Shown here piece after piece: positions 12,533 to 24,958 of a stretch of 64,000 bases of DNA (its first letter is position 1; every line of letters begins with the position of its first letter). This DNA comes from Scyliorhinus canicula. Lineage: Eukaryota. Both the position numbers and the translations under genes were made by a program. Location of the stretch: the NCBI RefSeq assembly GCF_902713615.1, contig NC_052165.1:15020348-15084347 (forward strand), given 5' to 3'. The notes beneath the pieces were generated by a model. It saw only the letters and a list, made by a program, of their open reading frames with translations. It ran no database searches and had not been told where the DNA came from.

Positions 12533-13223
12533 GGGCGAAATTCTCCGCCCCCCACGACGGGTGGGAGAATAGCGGGAGGGCCTTCCCGACATTTTTGCCG
12601 CCCTCCCGCTATTCTCCCGCCCCCCCGCCGAAGTCCCGACCCGAATCGCTGCCGCCGTTTTTTTACGGCCGGCAGCGATTCTCAGCTGTTAGATGGGCCG
12701 AAGTCCCAGCCCTTTCCGCCGTTTTTACGAACGGCAAACACACCTGGTCTTGCCGTTCGTAAAAACGGCATCACAAACTCGCTATTAATAACCATGGCAC
12801 CGATTGGCACGGCCGTACCACGGTGGGCACCGATCGCGGGCAGCGGGCCCGATGCCCGCGCACTACTTGTCCTTCCGCCGCCCCGCAGTATCCATTCGCG
12901 GGGCGGCTGAGGGGCAACCCGGCCCGCGCATGCGCGGGTTTCGCGCAAAAACGCGATGACGTCACCCGCGCATGCGCGGGTTTCAGTCGTCCAAACTGCG
13001 CATGCGCGGCTGACGTCATATGACGCGTCAGCCGGCGCTAACTCCGGCAAGTGGGCTTAACGATTTTCGTTAAGCCCGTCTTGCCGGAGCCTACGGCGTC
13101 GGGCTGCTAGCCCCGACCGGGGACCAGAATCGGTCCCCCGTCGGGAAGGGGCGCGCTGCCGTAAAACCCGCCCGGGTTTTACGGCAGCTTTACGATTTCT
13201 CCCGTTTTGGGAGAATCTCGCCC
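12533..13223. mobile_element. Intact GC-rich Harbinger-type MITE with multiple internal hairpins
   Basis: TIRs gggcgaaattctcc / ggagaatctcgccc; TSD GCT. Confidence 0.9.
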
Positions 13224-13226
13224 GCT

Positions 13227-15178
13227 GTGCCTCACTCTGTCGGTAGTAGAGTTCCCGAAGAGGCGGAGAATCTCACGGTTGTGAAGAAAACGGGATTGTC
13301 ACCGGGCTCCAGCACACCCACAGGCATCGGGATCGAGGTTCTCGCCCCGCACCAGAGGGAGGATTTAAATTAAGACACATTTGCATCCATTTAGTGGGCT
13401 GGGTACCATATTCTCCGGGACCGCGTGGTTCTCCTGTCCTCTGAGTCCAGAATCACGTGGCCGAGAATTACTACTGGTCCTGAGAAACGTGGCCCTGATG
13501 GGGTGAACCTCGCGGTGACCAAGAAGGAATCTCTTTAAGGGAGTTACCCCCAACGTCAATCCGAGGGCCACCCTCTCCCCACGTTGCAAGACCTGCCCAC
13601 CCCACCCCTACCAGCCCCCTCCCACTGCTCCCACCAGAGACCCCCCAAATAAAGAGACTGTCTACAGAGACACCCTATATAAGAGATCCCACTGCCGGGA
13701 GATCTCTACATAAAGAGACCCCTCTCACAGAGAAACACACAGAGTAAGGAGACGTCCCAACAGATCCCATAGAAAAGTGAACACTGTCAGAAAGTCCACC
13801 AAGAGAGAGACCACCCCCAAAATAAGAGAAAGACCCCTGTCTTGAAGCTAGAGAGCAGTCAAGACAGAGACAGTGAAAAATATTACTGCTTTAACCCTCA
13901 CCTGGGCAATACATCTGCTGGCTCAGACACGGGAAGCAGCACCTGACAGTTCCTGGACAAAGAAAACCAGTCAGCTGGGTTTAAATCCCCTCAGATATTT
14001 GATCTGCAAGCCATTTGTTCATTTCCCTTTGCTATTGATTTTACTAAGCTGTGATTGACAGCTTCCACCAACCCTCCAGCTGTCAGCATTGCTCCATTCA
14101 TCTTCGTTCATGGTTGAGAAACTCATTGTTCTCTAACCGCAATGTTTATCAACATCAAGCTTTGATTGACAGCTCCTGGACCACATCAGACAGAATTAAG
14201 TGCTTTCCAATCACCTCCATTCACAGTTGAGTGGCTTTGGTCAGCTAGAAATTGTCTCGGATGGGGGGTCGCTTATTTAGGGGGTCTCTGTGGAGGGGTC
14301 ACTTCATTTAGGGGTCTCAGTTGGGGAGGGGGAGTGGGTATTGGGTCGGCTCACTCCCTAGGGGGAGGGGCACCCTAGAAAATCTGGGGGTGGGAGGTGG
14401 ACTTTGCTATCGGGCATCTGCTTAAAATGGCAGCCTGACAGAGGGTTTCACTCGGGATTCCCTCACAATCCTCACCGTGCATAAATTTGTGTGGCTAAGG
14501 ATTAGGAATATTCCCAGCAGTAGGGCAAACCAGGTGCAATTCAGCTCCTTCAGGCGAACATTGGGCTAGCTTTACAATGAAAATGTTGGCGCTGCCCCAG
14601 CACTGATGCTGCGCCTGGTGGGGGGCTAGCAGCTGTGCCAGGTAAAACCCCCTGCGTTCCCGACATAAACGGCTGGAGCATTGCTGGGTCCATGGCCGCG
14701 CATACGCCCGGCGACGACCTGCAGCGGTCGCGCCGTACAACTTGGCACCGGTCGTGCACGGACCCGGCTGGCCAAATAGTGTCCCCCTGGACCCCCCCCC
14801 CCTCACCATCCCCGGAGCAAACCCCTCACTAGTCCCCCCAACCCTCTCCGAAGCCCCCGCTGCTAGCAGCGCTGCTTACCCCCCTCCCCTTACCCCTCAC
14901 CCCCCTGACTGTGGAGGCACTGGACACAGTCCGCAGCCTCCATACCGGGTTTACAAAAACCGCGACCATGTGGTCGGGAACTTGGCCCATCGGAGGCGAA
15001 GCAGCGGGGGAAGGCCTCAAAGGGACGCGGTGGCGCCGTCACAACGGTGTGCGCCGCGCTCCTAGATGACGCCGATTTGGAAGGGGCGGAGCATCCGGAA
15101 AACCCCGCCAGCGCCGATTCAGTGGCATCGGGCAACAGAGAATCCCACCCATTGTCTCCCAAATGGAGAATTTCACCC
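13227..15178. mobile_element. Older, longer Harbinger-derived non-autonomous element hosting a nested MITE
   Basis: Ends in ggagaatttcaccc. Internal ctgtgattgacagcttc region is reverse-complementary to the element at 34130-35195. Confidence 0.6.
14563..15150. mobile_element. Harbinger-type MITE, left end partly deleted
   Basis: Right TIR agagaatcccaccc; ATT on both sides (14560-14562, 15151-15153). Confidence 0.65.
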
Positions 15179-15319
15179 CCCCCCTCCCACACCCCATCTT
15201 TGTTCGTATGACAATTTGAGAAGAAACATTCACCGGTTCCTTCCACTCCATGGATTCTGGTAGCTATTCCTCATCAGAACAAAAGCTTACTGAACAATGA
15301 TGCTCATGTGGTTTGGATA

Positions 15320-16620
15320 GCTTCTACACATACTGGGCTATTTATCTTCCATTTATGTAGCGGGTAGTTGCTGTGCCAGTATGAAGATCTGATGATTTAC
15401 AGTGAGCCATATTTAATGTAGTGTGGTGAAGCCAGATGTCCAAGGACCCCGATCAGGTTCCAGTTCTTCTTTCCAATTGACTTTATGTGGTTTTGAGAGT
15501 TTTTAAGGCTCTTACCCAGAAGGGTTGGACTCAAGGCAGCATTTTGGGGAGCTTTTGGAGACCTTCAATAATGGACAGATGAGAGTTTTGTAGGGCCTGG
15601 TTATACACTGATTCTCTTCTGAAAGATGACGGCAAGTTGCGGGCAGAGAGCCAGACGGCCCGTTGCATTCAATGCTCTTGTGATGATTCTCCTGTGATGA
15701 TTCAGTTGCAAGTCTACAAAATGTGTAAGCGCTCTTTCCCTGCCCCAGCCCATGTGCAATACTAGGTAAGAAAACAAGGGTCAAGGTGACTGGCCACGAG
15801 TGCGGGCGTCTGTTCCCCAGCTGCTCCAAGCTAATTTGGGAATTGAAGTTGCAGATTTATTTTGCCTGCAGTTTTCATCCGATGTTGACAGTTTATGGGC
15901 CGATGATCAAGCACCACTCTAAGGTAACTTGGGATGTCTTTGTGCTCTTAGTTCCTTACTACAGAAGGGATCACTGAAATAAATTTATACTCAAATTAAA
16001 TAGCAACAAGTTTTTCTGAGGATTTGACTGAAGTGGTTTTATAAATTTATGGATTTATAAAAGTCTCAGGCATTTGTAATTGTTCTGCAAGTATGCATTC
16101 CACTGGCATGGATGGTTGTCGCAAGATCATTTATGTAACATATCTCCATCTGCAGGTAAGTGGATGTCACCAGTATAAATATTAAAAACTGACGGTGCCA
16201 AGACTGAACCTTCCAGGTGTCTGTTATTCAAGAATAAAAGTCTGCTAACCTGCACTATGAGATATAATTGATAGTTGTGGTTGGTAAGCATGGCCGTTGG
16301 AAGGTGCAATGTTGATTTGCAGTGTATTACCCTGAGCAGAGGATAACCTCTCCATACTATATATGCTGCAGACACATCCACTATTTTGAGCCAAAACAGA
16401 TGACCAGCTTTTGTGTGAGTTGTGCATGCAATCATTTAGTTTCAGACGCTCTGTCTAGGTGCCAACCCAAATGTCTCCATTGGGATGTATTCCTGAACCG
16501 CGACATGAGTCTTCGTAGTGGCCTCCTGTCAAGGAGCTCATACAAAGCGCCCAGCAATGGTGTTGGCCGGAGTCCTTTTGGATATCTTCAGTTTCAAGAT
16601 GGTGATGTCTTTTGCAGGTT
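15320..16620 (-). mobile_element. Decayed non-LTR retrotransposon RT fragment
   Basis: Minus-strand LEGSVLAPSVFNIYTGD resembles the RT motif PQGSVLAPxLFNIY. Confidence 0.6.
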
Positions 16621-16626
16621 GGCATA

Positions 16627-16971
16627 CATAGAACATAGAACAGTACAGCACAGAACAGGCCCTTGGGCCCTCAATGTTGTGCCGAGCCATGATCACCCTA
16701 CTCAAACCCACGTATCCACCCTATACCCGTAACCCAACAACCCCCCCTTAACCTTACTTTTATTAGGACACTACGGGCAATTTAGCATGGCCAATCCACC
16801 TAACCCGCACATCTTTGGACTGTGGGAGGAAACCGGAGCACCCGGAGGAAACCCACGCACACAGGGGGAGGACGTGCAGACTCCACACAGACAGTGACCC
16901 AGCCGGGAATCGAACCTGGGACCCTGGAGCTGTGAAGCATTTATGCTAACCACCATGCTACCCTGCTGCCC
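16627..16971 (-). mobile_element. HE1-like V-SINE
   Basis: Near-identical reverse complement of the copies at 4180 and 29716. Confidence 0.9.
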
Positions 16972-17129
16972 TTGGACATTTGCGAGAGCCATGTACATTA
17001 ATAAAGATACACGCCAGTCAGTTGAGTGCACCTTGATCAGGTTCTTCGAGTATTCTGCCATCTGAACTTTGAACTAGTGACTTCTTCTAGTGACTGGTGT
17101 TTTACCATGTACGCTGATAAATGATTGGT

Positions 17130-17410
17130 AGTGAAAAGGAGAGACTTGGATTTATATGGCACCTTTTACAGACATTCCAAAACTCTTTACAATGAAGGAA
17201 GTACTTTTTGAAGTGTAGTGACTGTCGTAGTGTAGGAAACGCAGCAACTAATTGGTGCTCTGCAAACTCTCAGAAACAACAAGATTATAATGATCAGATC
17301 ATCTGGGTTTTTTTCTGATGTTGATTGAGGGATAAATATTGGCCGGGAATAACTGCCCTGAAATAATTCCATAGGATCTTTTATACCCACCAAAGCAAGC
17401 ACAGGAGCCT
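17130..17410 (-). mobile_element. Old DeuSINE-like (AmnSINE1/SacSINE1-type) element
   Basis: Reverse complement of ggccaatatttatccctca...tttcctacattacaacagtgactacacttcaaaagtac as recalled for this superfamily. A second copy is split at 18460-18560 and 19591-19860. Confidence 0.65.
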
Positions 17411-18273
17411 CTCACCATTATTAAGGAATATCTCAGACAGCCACTTCTCGTGTTCGCACATGCGCATTTAAAGGGGGGGGCGGAATCAGGCAGTTACTGT
17501 CTAAGTTGCCTCACTCCTGCAGAAACTTTGCACCAATAGAATCTTACTGAGAGATTTGGAATTTAAGTACAAGAAGTCTGTGAAATTGTGGTGCTTATCC
17601 AATAGGTACCCACTAAACTGACCAGAAAAAGTTAGGTTTGTCCATTAAAGTGGATACATTTTTTTTAACAGCATGGTAACTCTTAATTACTACCAAACAA
17701 CTTCTCGGGCGCTGAAAATGTACTTTTATGAATGTGTCTCACATTCCTTCAGCTTTTAACTTTAGCTAGAAATTTTAAGGAATTAAACAAAAAATGTACT
17801 TCGCTTTTTCATTCTGTCTCTTTCATCTCTCCCTTAATCCCATTTTATGTACCCTCACTTTATTTTGCTTCCTGTCCATAACTTGGCATTGGTCCTGAAT
17901 ATTCCAATTTGCACTTCCTGATTTAGACCCTGTGGATCTGGTTTTAACTCTCACAAATCCCGTCCGTAGAGTTAAAATCAGGCCTTGCGTCGCTCAGCAA
18001 GGATTATTTTGTTTGACTTGCTATGGAGACATAGTTGATTTCCCTGTTTGCACAAATCCCCAATCCTCTTCAGAGGGTATGGAACTGTTTTAAATTTCTA
18101 ATAGATACAACTTACAGGGAAAATCCCCACAGGAAGTCTGTGTTCAGATATAAATGTATTGAACAACTACGCCGTTCATTTGATTCTGCCTGGAAAACCT
18201 GTGCCAATTCGATTCTTCAGTGTAATAGACACGTTTCATTGCAGTGTTGACAGTGATTCCAATTCTTTTTTAG

Positions 18274-18377
18274 GAGCTGGACATTGGGACCTGTTGATTT
18301 GTTTCACTTCAAATGAGCTGAGTGGTGACAGGTGTCTTCAAAAAGAAGAGTTCCATCAACTCCAGCTTCATCAGAAG
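18274..18377 (+). CDS. CPED1: CPED1 internal coding exon (phase 1 in, phase 0 out): AGHWDLLICFTSNELSGDRCLQKEEFHQLQLHQK
   Basis: ttcttttttag acceptor and AAG|gtaatt donor. The peptide resembles mammalian CPED1 GSWDLLICLSS...C...CQLGLHQK as recalled. An upstream acceptor at 18244 is possible but has a different phase. Confidence 0.88.
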
Positions 18378-18560
18378 GTAATTAAATTCAGTCTAGATTA
18401 AGAAGTGACTTGTCTTTTATTTAAACCATGTTTGTCAACCATGTTTCACTCCAAGACACACAGACTCGTATTTAGATAGTACCTCTCACAGCCACCAGAC
18501 ATCCCAAAGTGCTTTCCAGCCATTGAAATACTTTTGGAGTGAAGTCACTGCTGTGACGTA

Positions 18561-19590
18561 TGTTGTGTTCTTTGTTTTTGTTCTTCAGGATGGTGAAGGT
18601 TGTAGTGCTAACAAATGACAGTAAGCTGTGTTTAACAAACAACGCAAATTTATTACACTACACTGAATTAGATTCAAACATATTACTAAGGAAATAGTTC
18701 AGTAAAGATCACACTAGACATTACAATATTAAACTATGCCATCAGTTAAGCTATCTCACACCTACTCTGTATCTACTTCTCCAGCTCTCTCCTAGAGGTC
18801 AAGGAGACATGTGGGCCGGGATTCTCCGACCTGGCGCCGGGTCGGAGACTCCTCGGGGAGACGCGAGAATTGCGCCCCCCTCCCCCTGCCCCGACGCCAG
18901 ATTCACCATTCTCCAGTGCCGTATTTTGGGCGCCCGTGGAATCCCCGCCACGCTGGTCAGGGGCTGTTGACAGCGACCCTCCCCCCCCCCCCCCCTGCCG
19001 ATTCTCCTGGCCCCGATGGGCCGAGTGGCCAAAGAGTTTGGCCGAGTCCCGCTGGCCTGGATTACTCACCTCCCACACGGACCTGGAAGGTGAGTGTGCG
19101 GGGGCTGTCCTGAAGGGGGGGGGGGGCAGGGGGATCCGATCCCGGGGAGGGTCCCCATGGTGGCCTGGCCCGTGATCGAGGCCTACCGATCTGCGGGCAG
19201 GTGGTTCCGTGGGGGCGTACTTAACTCCGCGCCAAGCCACTGTAGGGCTCCGCCATATTGCCCGGGGGCCAGTGCGAAGGGAACCCCCGCACATGCGCGG
19301 AAATACGCCGGCTTTTCCGCGCATGCGCGGACTCGCGCGGCCATTCCGCGCCAGATGGAGCTGCGAGGACCACTCTGGCGGCAACCTAGCCCCCTAGAAA
19401 GGTGAGAATTCCTCACTTTCAGGGACCGTTGATGCCGGAGCCGTTGGCGCCGGTTTTCACGCCGGCTTGGGGACATAGCCCATTATTAGAGAATCCCGCC
19501 CGTGATATTTATATGGTTTCTCTATAGCACCATCTAGTGACTAGAGTAGTAACATTACATTAACCCTTTATGTACTCTACAATAGCCACA
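18561..19590 (-). mobile_element. Probable solo LTR inserted in a DeuSINE-like copy and itself interrupted by a MITE
   Basis: TG...CA ends, minus-strand AATAAA and TATAAATA; no clean TSD. Confidence 0.5.
18814..19501. mobile_element. Intact GC-rich Harbinger-type MITE
   Basis: TIRs ggccgggattctcc / agagaatcccgccc; TSD GTG. Confidence 0.9.
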
Positions 19591-20612
19591 TATTGTGAGA
19601 ATGTAGGAAACAATTTGCAGGAAGGTGATAATGATGAGATAGTTTCTTTTAGGAATCTGATTGACACTGGAGGTAACTCCTCTGCTCTTTTCTGGAATAG
19701 TGCCATGGGACCATTTTACAGAGTGAGCAGGCAGCCTTGGTTTAACATCCCATCCAAAAGACTATGCCTTTGATCGTGCAGAACTCCCTCGGTATTGCAG
19801 TGCAGCGTCAGCCTGGAGTTTTCACCTCACGTCCAAGGAACAAGATTCGAACCCGCTGCCTTTCATCCCAGGGGAAGGTGTGCTGCCGACCGAGCCGTAA
19901 CAAAAAAAACCATCTGCAAAAAATCTTCACAAACTTGAGCAGATTGTGGCGTCCCCTCCAAACTTAAAAATTGTAACAAAGTATATTATTCATAAATCAG
20001 TTCAGTATTCCAGCTGATTGGCACACTTTGCTTTTTCCTTCGCCTTCAAGCTCACGACCAAATATTCCTGTTTCTAAATTACACTATGTAAAATTTGACG
20101 ACCTGACTTCACAGGCATACCGACATTTAAACCTGTTGTGATTTAAACCTAAATTTGTTTCTCTACACAGTCAGCGACAATGTGTCACAGTAGCAGCCAG
20201 TTTACGTTACAAAGTCTTGGCACGATAAAATCAAACTTAGCTTCCCAACGTAAGCGTCTTGTTTCTAGGCAGAGGAGTTGGGGGCATGGTGGCAATTTTG
20301 TACAAAGCTATTAGAGATTCCTGTGGAAATCAAATGTGAGTTTGATATTTTTCATGCAGGCAGGTTAACACATTCATCTGTTAATTTTTAATATCCAGAA
20401 AAACACTGAGGAGTGCAATCGCATTCCTGATATACACTTTTGACGTTTATCGGGATTAAGATGTGTGTTTAATTCTCATGTCTTTCATCAAACCTTTAGC
20501 TCCAATTTTATAGTGTCGGTAGGTCAGGTGTATTGCGGGCTCGAAGCAGCTGGCAAACTCAGGGAATCGGACCTTAATAGTCAGGTGTCACCTCTATAAA
20601 TTTACTCACTAA

Positions 20613-21482
20613 TGTTCTGGAACCGGGCCAGGTTCACTCCCTAGCTGGTGTGTGGGAACGGGAACTTGGCAGCACGAGTCCACAGTCTGGGTTCAGGTTA
20701 AGTGACGTTTGGAGCTCTGAACAGAATTGTGGGGGAGCTGGGAAGCCAACCTGTGGGAAGGGAGATCCAGAGATTCTTTGTTGACCCAAAGGAGCTTTTT
20801 CTCTCCTCCTTGGTGCGGTGTTCTTTGTGTTGCTTAATTCAGGAAGGTTGGCGTAGTGTTCACAAAGACCACAAAATAGCTTGAACTTAAACAAAGCTAT
20901 ACATTTATTAATACTGTTAAACTGGATTCGACACCTACTTCTAAATAATACACAGTTGGTCGTTAACATATAAACTACACTCATCTACAATGAATCTTAA
21001 TACTGGTATAAACTAAGAATAGTCGGGGGAAGGTAGCGGGAGGGGGGGGGCTACAGGTTCGTTACGGGGGTTCGATGGCTAGCCAAGGCCCAAAACCAAA
21101 CTAAATAAACATGTTGAGGGGGGGGGGGGGGGGGGGGGGCGCAGTTACTACTACGAAGATGCTTACCTGTAAATATGTATGTTAATTTTTGCGTGTTTGT
21201 TTTTTTTTTTTTTCTCTCCTAACAATTTGTAATTTGTTCAATATAAAATATGAAAACTGAATAAAAACATTTATAAACAAAAAAAAATATACTGGTATAA
21301 ACTATGATCTGCTCTTACTCACACTAATAATACTTCTGACTATCTCTAGCTAACTCGTGGACTACTCTCCCCCACAACGCTTAGCATCAATGGCTTATAT
21401 ACTTGCATCGGTAGCTCCCTCTTGTGGCTAATCTAGACATTTAATTAACCCTTGCAGTTCTTACAGTTATGATAATACCACA
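20613..21482 (-). mobile_element. Probable solo LTR interrupted by an L1 3' end
   Basis: TG...CA ends, imperfect 4-bp TSD ctaa/ctga, minus-strand AATAAA. Confidence 0.5.
21016..21288 (+). mobile_element. Extremely 5'-truncated L1 (3' UTR + poly-A)
   Basis: Near-identical to 56446-56719; TSD atactggtataaacta (21000-21015, 21289-21304). Confidence 0.92.
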
Positions 21483-21968
21483 CTGAACAATTACCTAACG
21501 CTCTTAATCCTCTTCTGGCCCATGACTCATCACCGCCGGGTCTAGCCTAACAACAAAGCTATCATGCTCCCCAGTTCTAGCCTATTGGGCGCTGAAGACA
21601 TTCAAATCTGCATATTTAAAGAGGGAACCCAGTTGTGTAAAAGAGTGCGTTAACATTGTGATATTGCATAAGGGCAGCAAGATCAGAGGAGGTAAATGAC
21701 TGACCACATATTAACAGTTGCAGCCATTATTTTAATACAGATGGAATTAGTCTGTCAGGATGCCTAATAATTTTTTCGTCACCGAGAGAACCTTTAAATG
21801 TCTTCATGAAAAGAAATAGATGTTATCAGTATTAGTAAATGCCCCATTGAAAATTTAAATGTAAAGACAGCAACAGGCTTGCTAATTATGATGGTTATTT
21901 CAACTGTAGCATCTGTCTGTATTCACCAATTCAGCTTCAATATTACCTGGTTTCCTTTTAACTTTTAG

Positions 21969-22406
21969 TTAGAATCCCTGCAGTATAGAAGGAGGCCATT
22001 CAGCCCATCGAGTCTGCAGTGACCCACTGAAAGAGCACCCTATCCCACTTCCCCGCCCTAAACCTGAAACACCATGGCCCCACCTAACCTGCACATCTTT
22101 GGGCACTAAGGGGCAATTTATCATGGCCAATCCACCTAACCTGCACATCTTTGGGCACTAAGGGGCAATTTATCATGGCCAATCCACCTAACCTGCACAT
22201 CTTTGGGCACTAAGGGGCAATTTATCATGGCCAATCCACCTAACCTGCACATCTTTGGACTGTAGGAGGAAATTGGAGCACCCGGAGGAAACCCACGCAG
22301 ACACGGAGAATGTGCAGACTCCGCACAGACCGTGACCCAAGGTCAGAAATGAACCCGGGTCCCTGGCGCTGTAAGGCAGCAGAGCTAACAACTGTGCCCT
22401 CGTGCC
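21969..22406 (-). mobile_element. HE1-like V-SINE with internal tandem amplification
   Basis: Head, core and tail present; contains a 52-bp repeat array. Confidence 0.85.
22081..22258. repeat. Perfect 52-bp tandem repeat, 3 units plus a partial unit
   Basis: cacctaacctgcacatctttgggcactaaggggcaatttatcatggccaatc starts at 22081, 22133 and 22185, with a partial copy at 22237. Confidence 0.95.
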
Positions 22407-22883
22407 ATCTGGCAGATAACTGGTTACATCGAGAGATTTGGGCTTGCTGAACTAGCTGGTTTTAAAAACTCAATTATTGCAACTTATCATGAAGCTTTAA
22501 AAAGCGTGAATGTTACAGCCATATTGTTACTCAAATGTTATTCCCACTCATTTTTCTTAAACCTGCTTTTCTGCTTTACAGTATTACAGAGTAACTCATG
22601 GTTATATTGCATGTTTTCAGGCATTTCTGAGATGTTTCATCAAGAATTAATTAAATGTAATCTATTTTTCTATTATTCCCTTTTCTCATTACCTCAATTC
22701 TCCTACTTTTATTGTTTGAATTTTATTTTTATTTTAATTGTATTTACATAACTGTGTATTTTAATTGATCTGCTATTTTCTCTTTTTACTAAAGGTTCCA
22801 GCGATACCCGAAAGAGATTATCCCTTTTGCTCTGTTTCTTTCTCTCTGCAACCACTGTGCAGACTGAAAGTGGGATCTACCTT

Positions 22884-23538
22884 GGGCGGGATTCTCCGAC
22901 TCCCCCCCCCTCCTCGGCACCGGGTCGGAGAATCGCCGGAGGGCGGCGTGAATCCCGCTCCTGCCGGCTGCCGAATTCTCCGGCGCTGGAGATTTGGCGG
23001 GGGTGGGAATCGCGTTCTACCGGTCGAGAGCTGTTGGCAGCCCCCCCCCCCCCCCCCCCCCCCGGCGATTCTCTGGCCTGCGATGGGCCGAGTGGCCGCC
23101 CGTATTTTGCCGGTCCTGCCAGCATAAATTAGAGTAGGTCCTTACCGACGGAACCAGGCGGCGCGAGCGGCCTCCGGGGTCCTCGGGAGGGGCGGGGGGA
23201 TCTGGCCCCGGGATTTGACCCCACAGTAGCCTGGCCCGTGATCGGGGCCCACCTGTGTCGTGGGGGCACTCTATTCCTCCACGTCAGCTGCTACTCCACC
23301 ACGATGGACGACGCAGAGATGAACCCACCCCTGGGCATGCGCTGGGATGACGCCAGCACACGCTGGCGCTCCCGTGCATGCGCCAACTCACGCCGGCCGG
23401 CGGAGGCCCTTCGGCACCGGTTGGGTTAGCGCCAAGCCCCTTCCGCGCCTGCAGGCGCGCCGCAAACCATCCGGAACAGGCCTAGCCCCTGAAGGTGTAG
23501 AGGATTCTGCACCTTTGGGGAGGCCCGACGCCGGAGTG
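22884..23538. mobile_element. GC-rich Harbinger-type MITE lacking the right TIR
   Basis: Left TIR gggcgggattctcc; colinear with 37601 and 45841. Confidence 0.85.
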
Positions 23539-23772
23539 CCATCAAAATAGCTGGACCAATCATTTGTTGTTTATTTGCAGAGTCACATTGGGCATTTTGC
23601 AAAGATATCTTGACAGCCCCGGGAAGTCCACACTACCCGCCTCGTTGTTGGCATACACTGGATTAACTATCGGTTGTGCGTTTTGAAGAGGATTTCCCTT
23701 GCTGATTATTTAATAACTTCTTGAACTCATAATAGTTGATGCTAGTACTTAAGATTACGGATTTACTTTCAG

Positions 23773-23857
23773 GTGAACAGAATCCCAGGTCTAGAACATG
23801 CACTTTGCAGAAAAGACGGCTTCTGTCAGATTATGGATATTGCTCAAAGATTGCCAG
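23773..23857 (+). CDS. CPED1: CPED1 coding exon (phase 0 in, phase 1 out): VNRIPGLEHALCRKDGFCQIMDIAQRLP
   Basis: ttactttcag acceptor and CAG|gtaaat donor. Resembles recalled CPED1 [20 protein letters not shown] and is in frame with the previous exon. Too short for the ORF track. Confidence 0.92.
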
Positions 23858-24626
23858 GTAAATAATCTTTTTTTGTTTGGTTGCATTGTCTTGATTGAAG
23901 TCAATATACAAACTATTTAAAGGTTATTGGCCCTCTCTTAAAGTACCACATGACAATGTTAGAAATGTAGGTCCCTTTAAGAGTAAACCAGCTCATGCTT
24001 CAGACTGAGTTGAGAACTAGAACTAGAACTAGATCTAGAATCCTCCCCTCGCCCAGTTCGGAGGGTTGTTTCTAGACAGTGAGAGGATCCAGGAGGGAAG
24101 AGTGGAAATTGATATTTGTACTGAATGACAGCATCAACAATAAAACAGTTGTGAATTACAGAATGTGTTGATTTGGTAAATGGATACCCACCTGTGAGGC
24201 AGGTTGCAAAGGATTAGCCTTCAGGTTGGAACTTAAAGAGAACAGAAAGCAATTCATGTTTCTGGCAAAAACAAGTCTCCTGGTGGCTTTGAGGTGAAAT
24301 GGCTGAGTGATGCTGCAGGATCACCAACTATGATTACCCAACATTTGGTATTGGAGCCATACAAACAATGGACTAACGAGGTGGAGATGTGGACTTGGGC
24401 CACGTCTCTACCCAAAGGTAAGCAAGGTATGGCTCTAGCCTTGTCTTTAACAGAAAGAAGTAAGATTAGAATTAAGGGGCACGATCTAACGGAGAAGTTT
24501 CTAAGTGTCATTTGTGGCAGAGGGTGTGGTTCTCCGGAGACATTTCTAAGTGTGGTAGTGAGTGGTAACTGCCGTGAGCTTCCCGACTCTCAGCCTGGTG
24601 AGGTCAGCAAAGCTATTCAATGTTAA

Positions 24627-24958
24627 TCATAGATCATAGAATTTACAGTGCAGAAGGAGGCCATTTGGCCCATCATGTCTGCACCAGCCCTTGGAAAGAG
24701 CATCGTACTTAAGCCGCTATCCCCATAACCCAGTAATCCCACCTAACCTTTTGGACACTGTGCAATTTAGTACGGCCAATCCACCTAACTTGCACATCTT
24801 TGGACTTGTGGGAGGAAACCGGAGCACCCGGAGGAAACCCACGCAGATATGGGGGGAGCGTACAGACTCTGCACAGACAGTGACCAAAGCAGGGAATCGA
24901 ACCTGGGACCCTGGAGCTGTGAAGCAACAATGCTAACCACTGTGCTACCGTGCCTCCC
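24627..24958 (-). mobile_element. HE1-like V-SINE inside the Harbinger relic
   Basis: Full head, core and tail on the minus strand. Confidence 0.85.

Noticed and set aside
22081-22258. CRISPR-like array
   Set aside because: Units are identical head-to-tail with no unique spacers, derive from a SINE, and the context is vertebrate.
23581-23671. AG-preceded open stretch upstream of the 23773 exon
   Set aside because: The open frame needs phase 2 entry whereas the upstream exon ends in phase 0, the donor is weak, and there is no CPED1 similarity.
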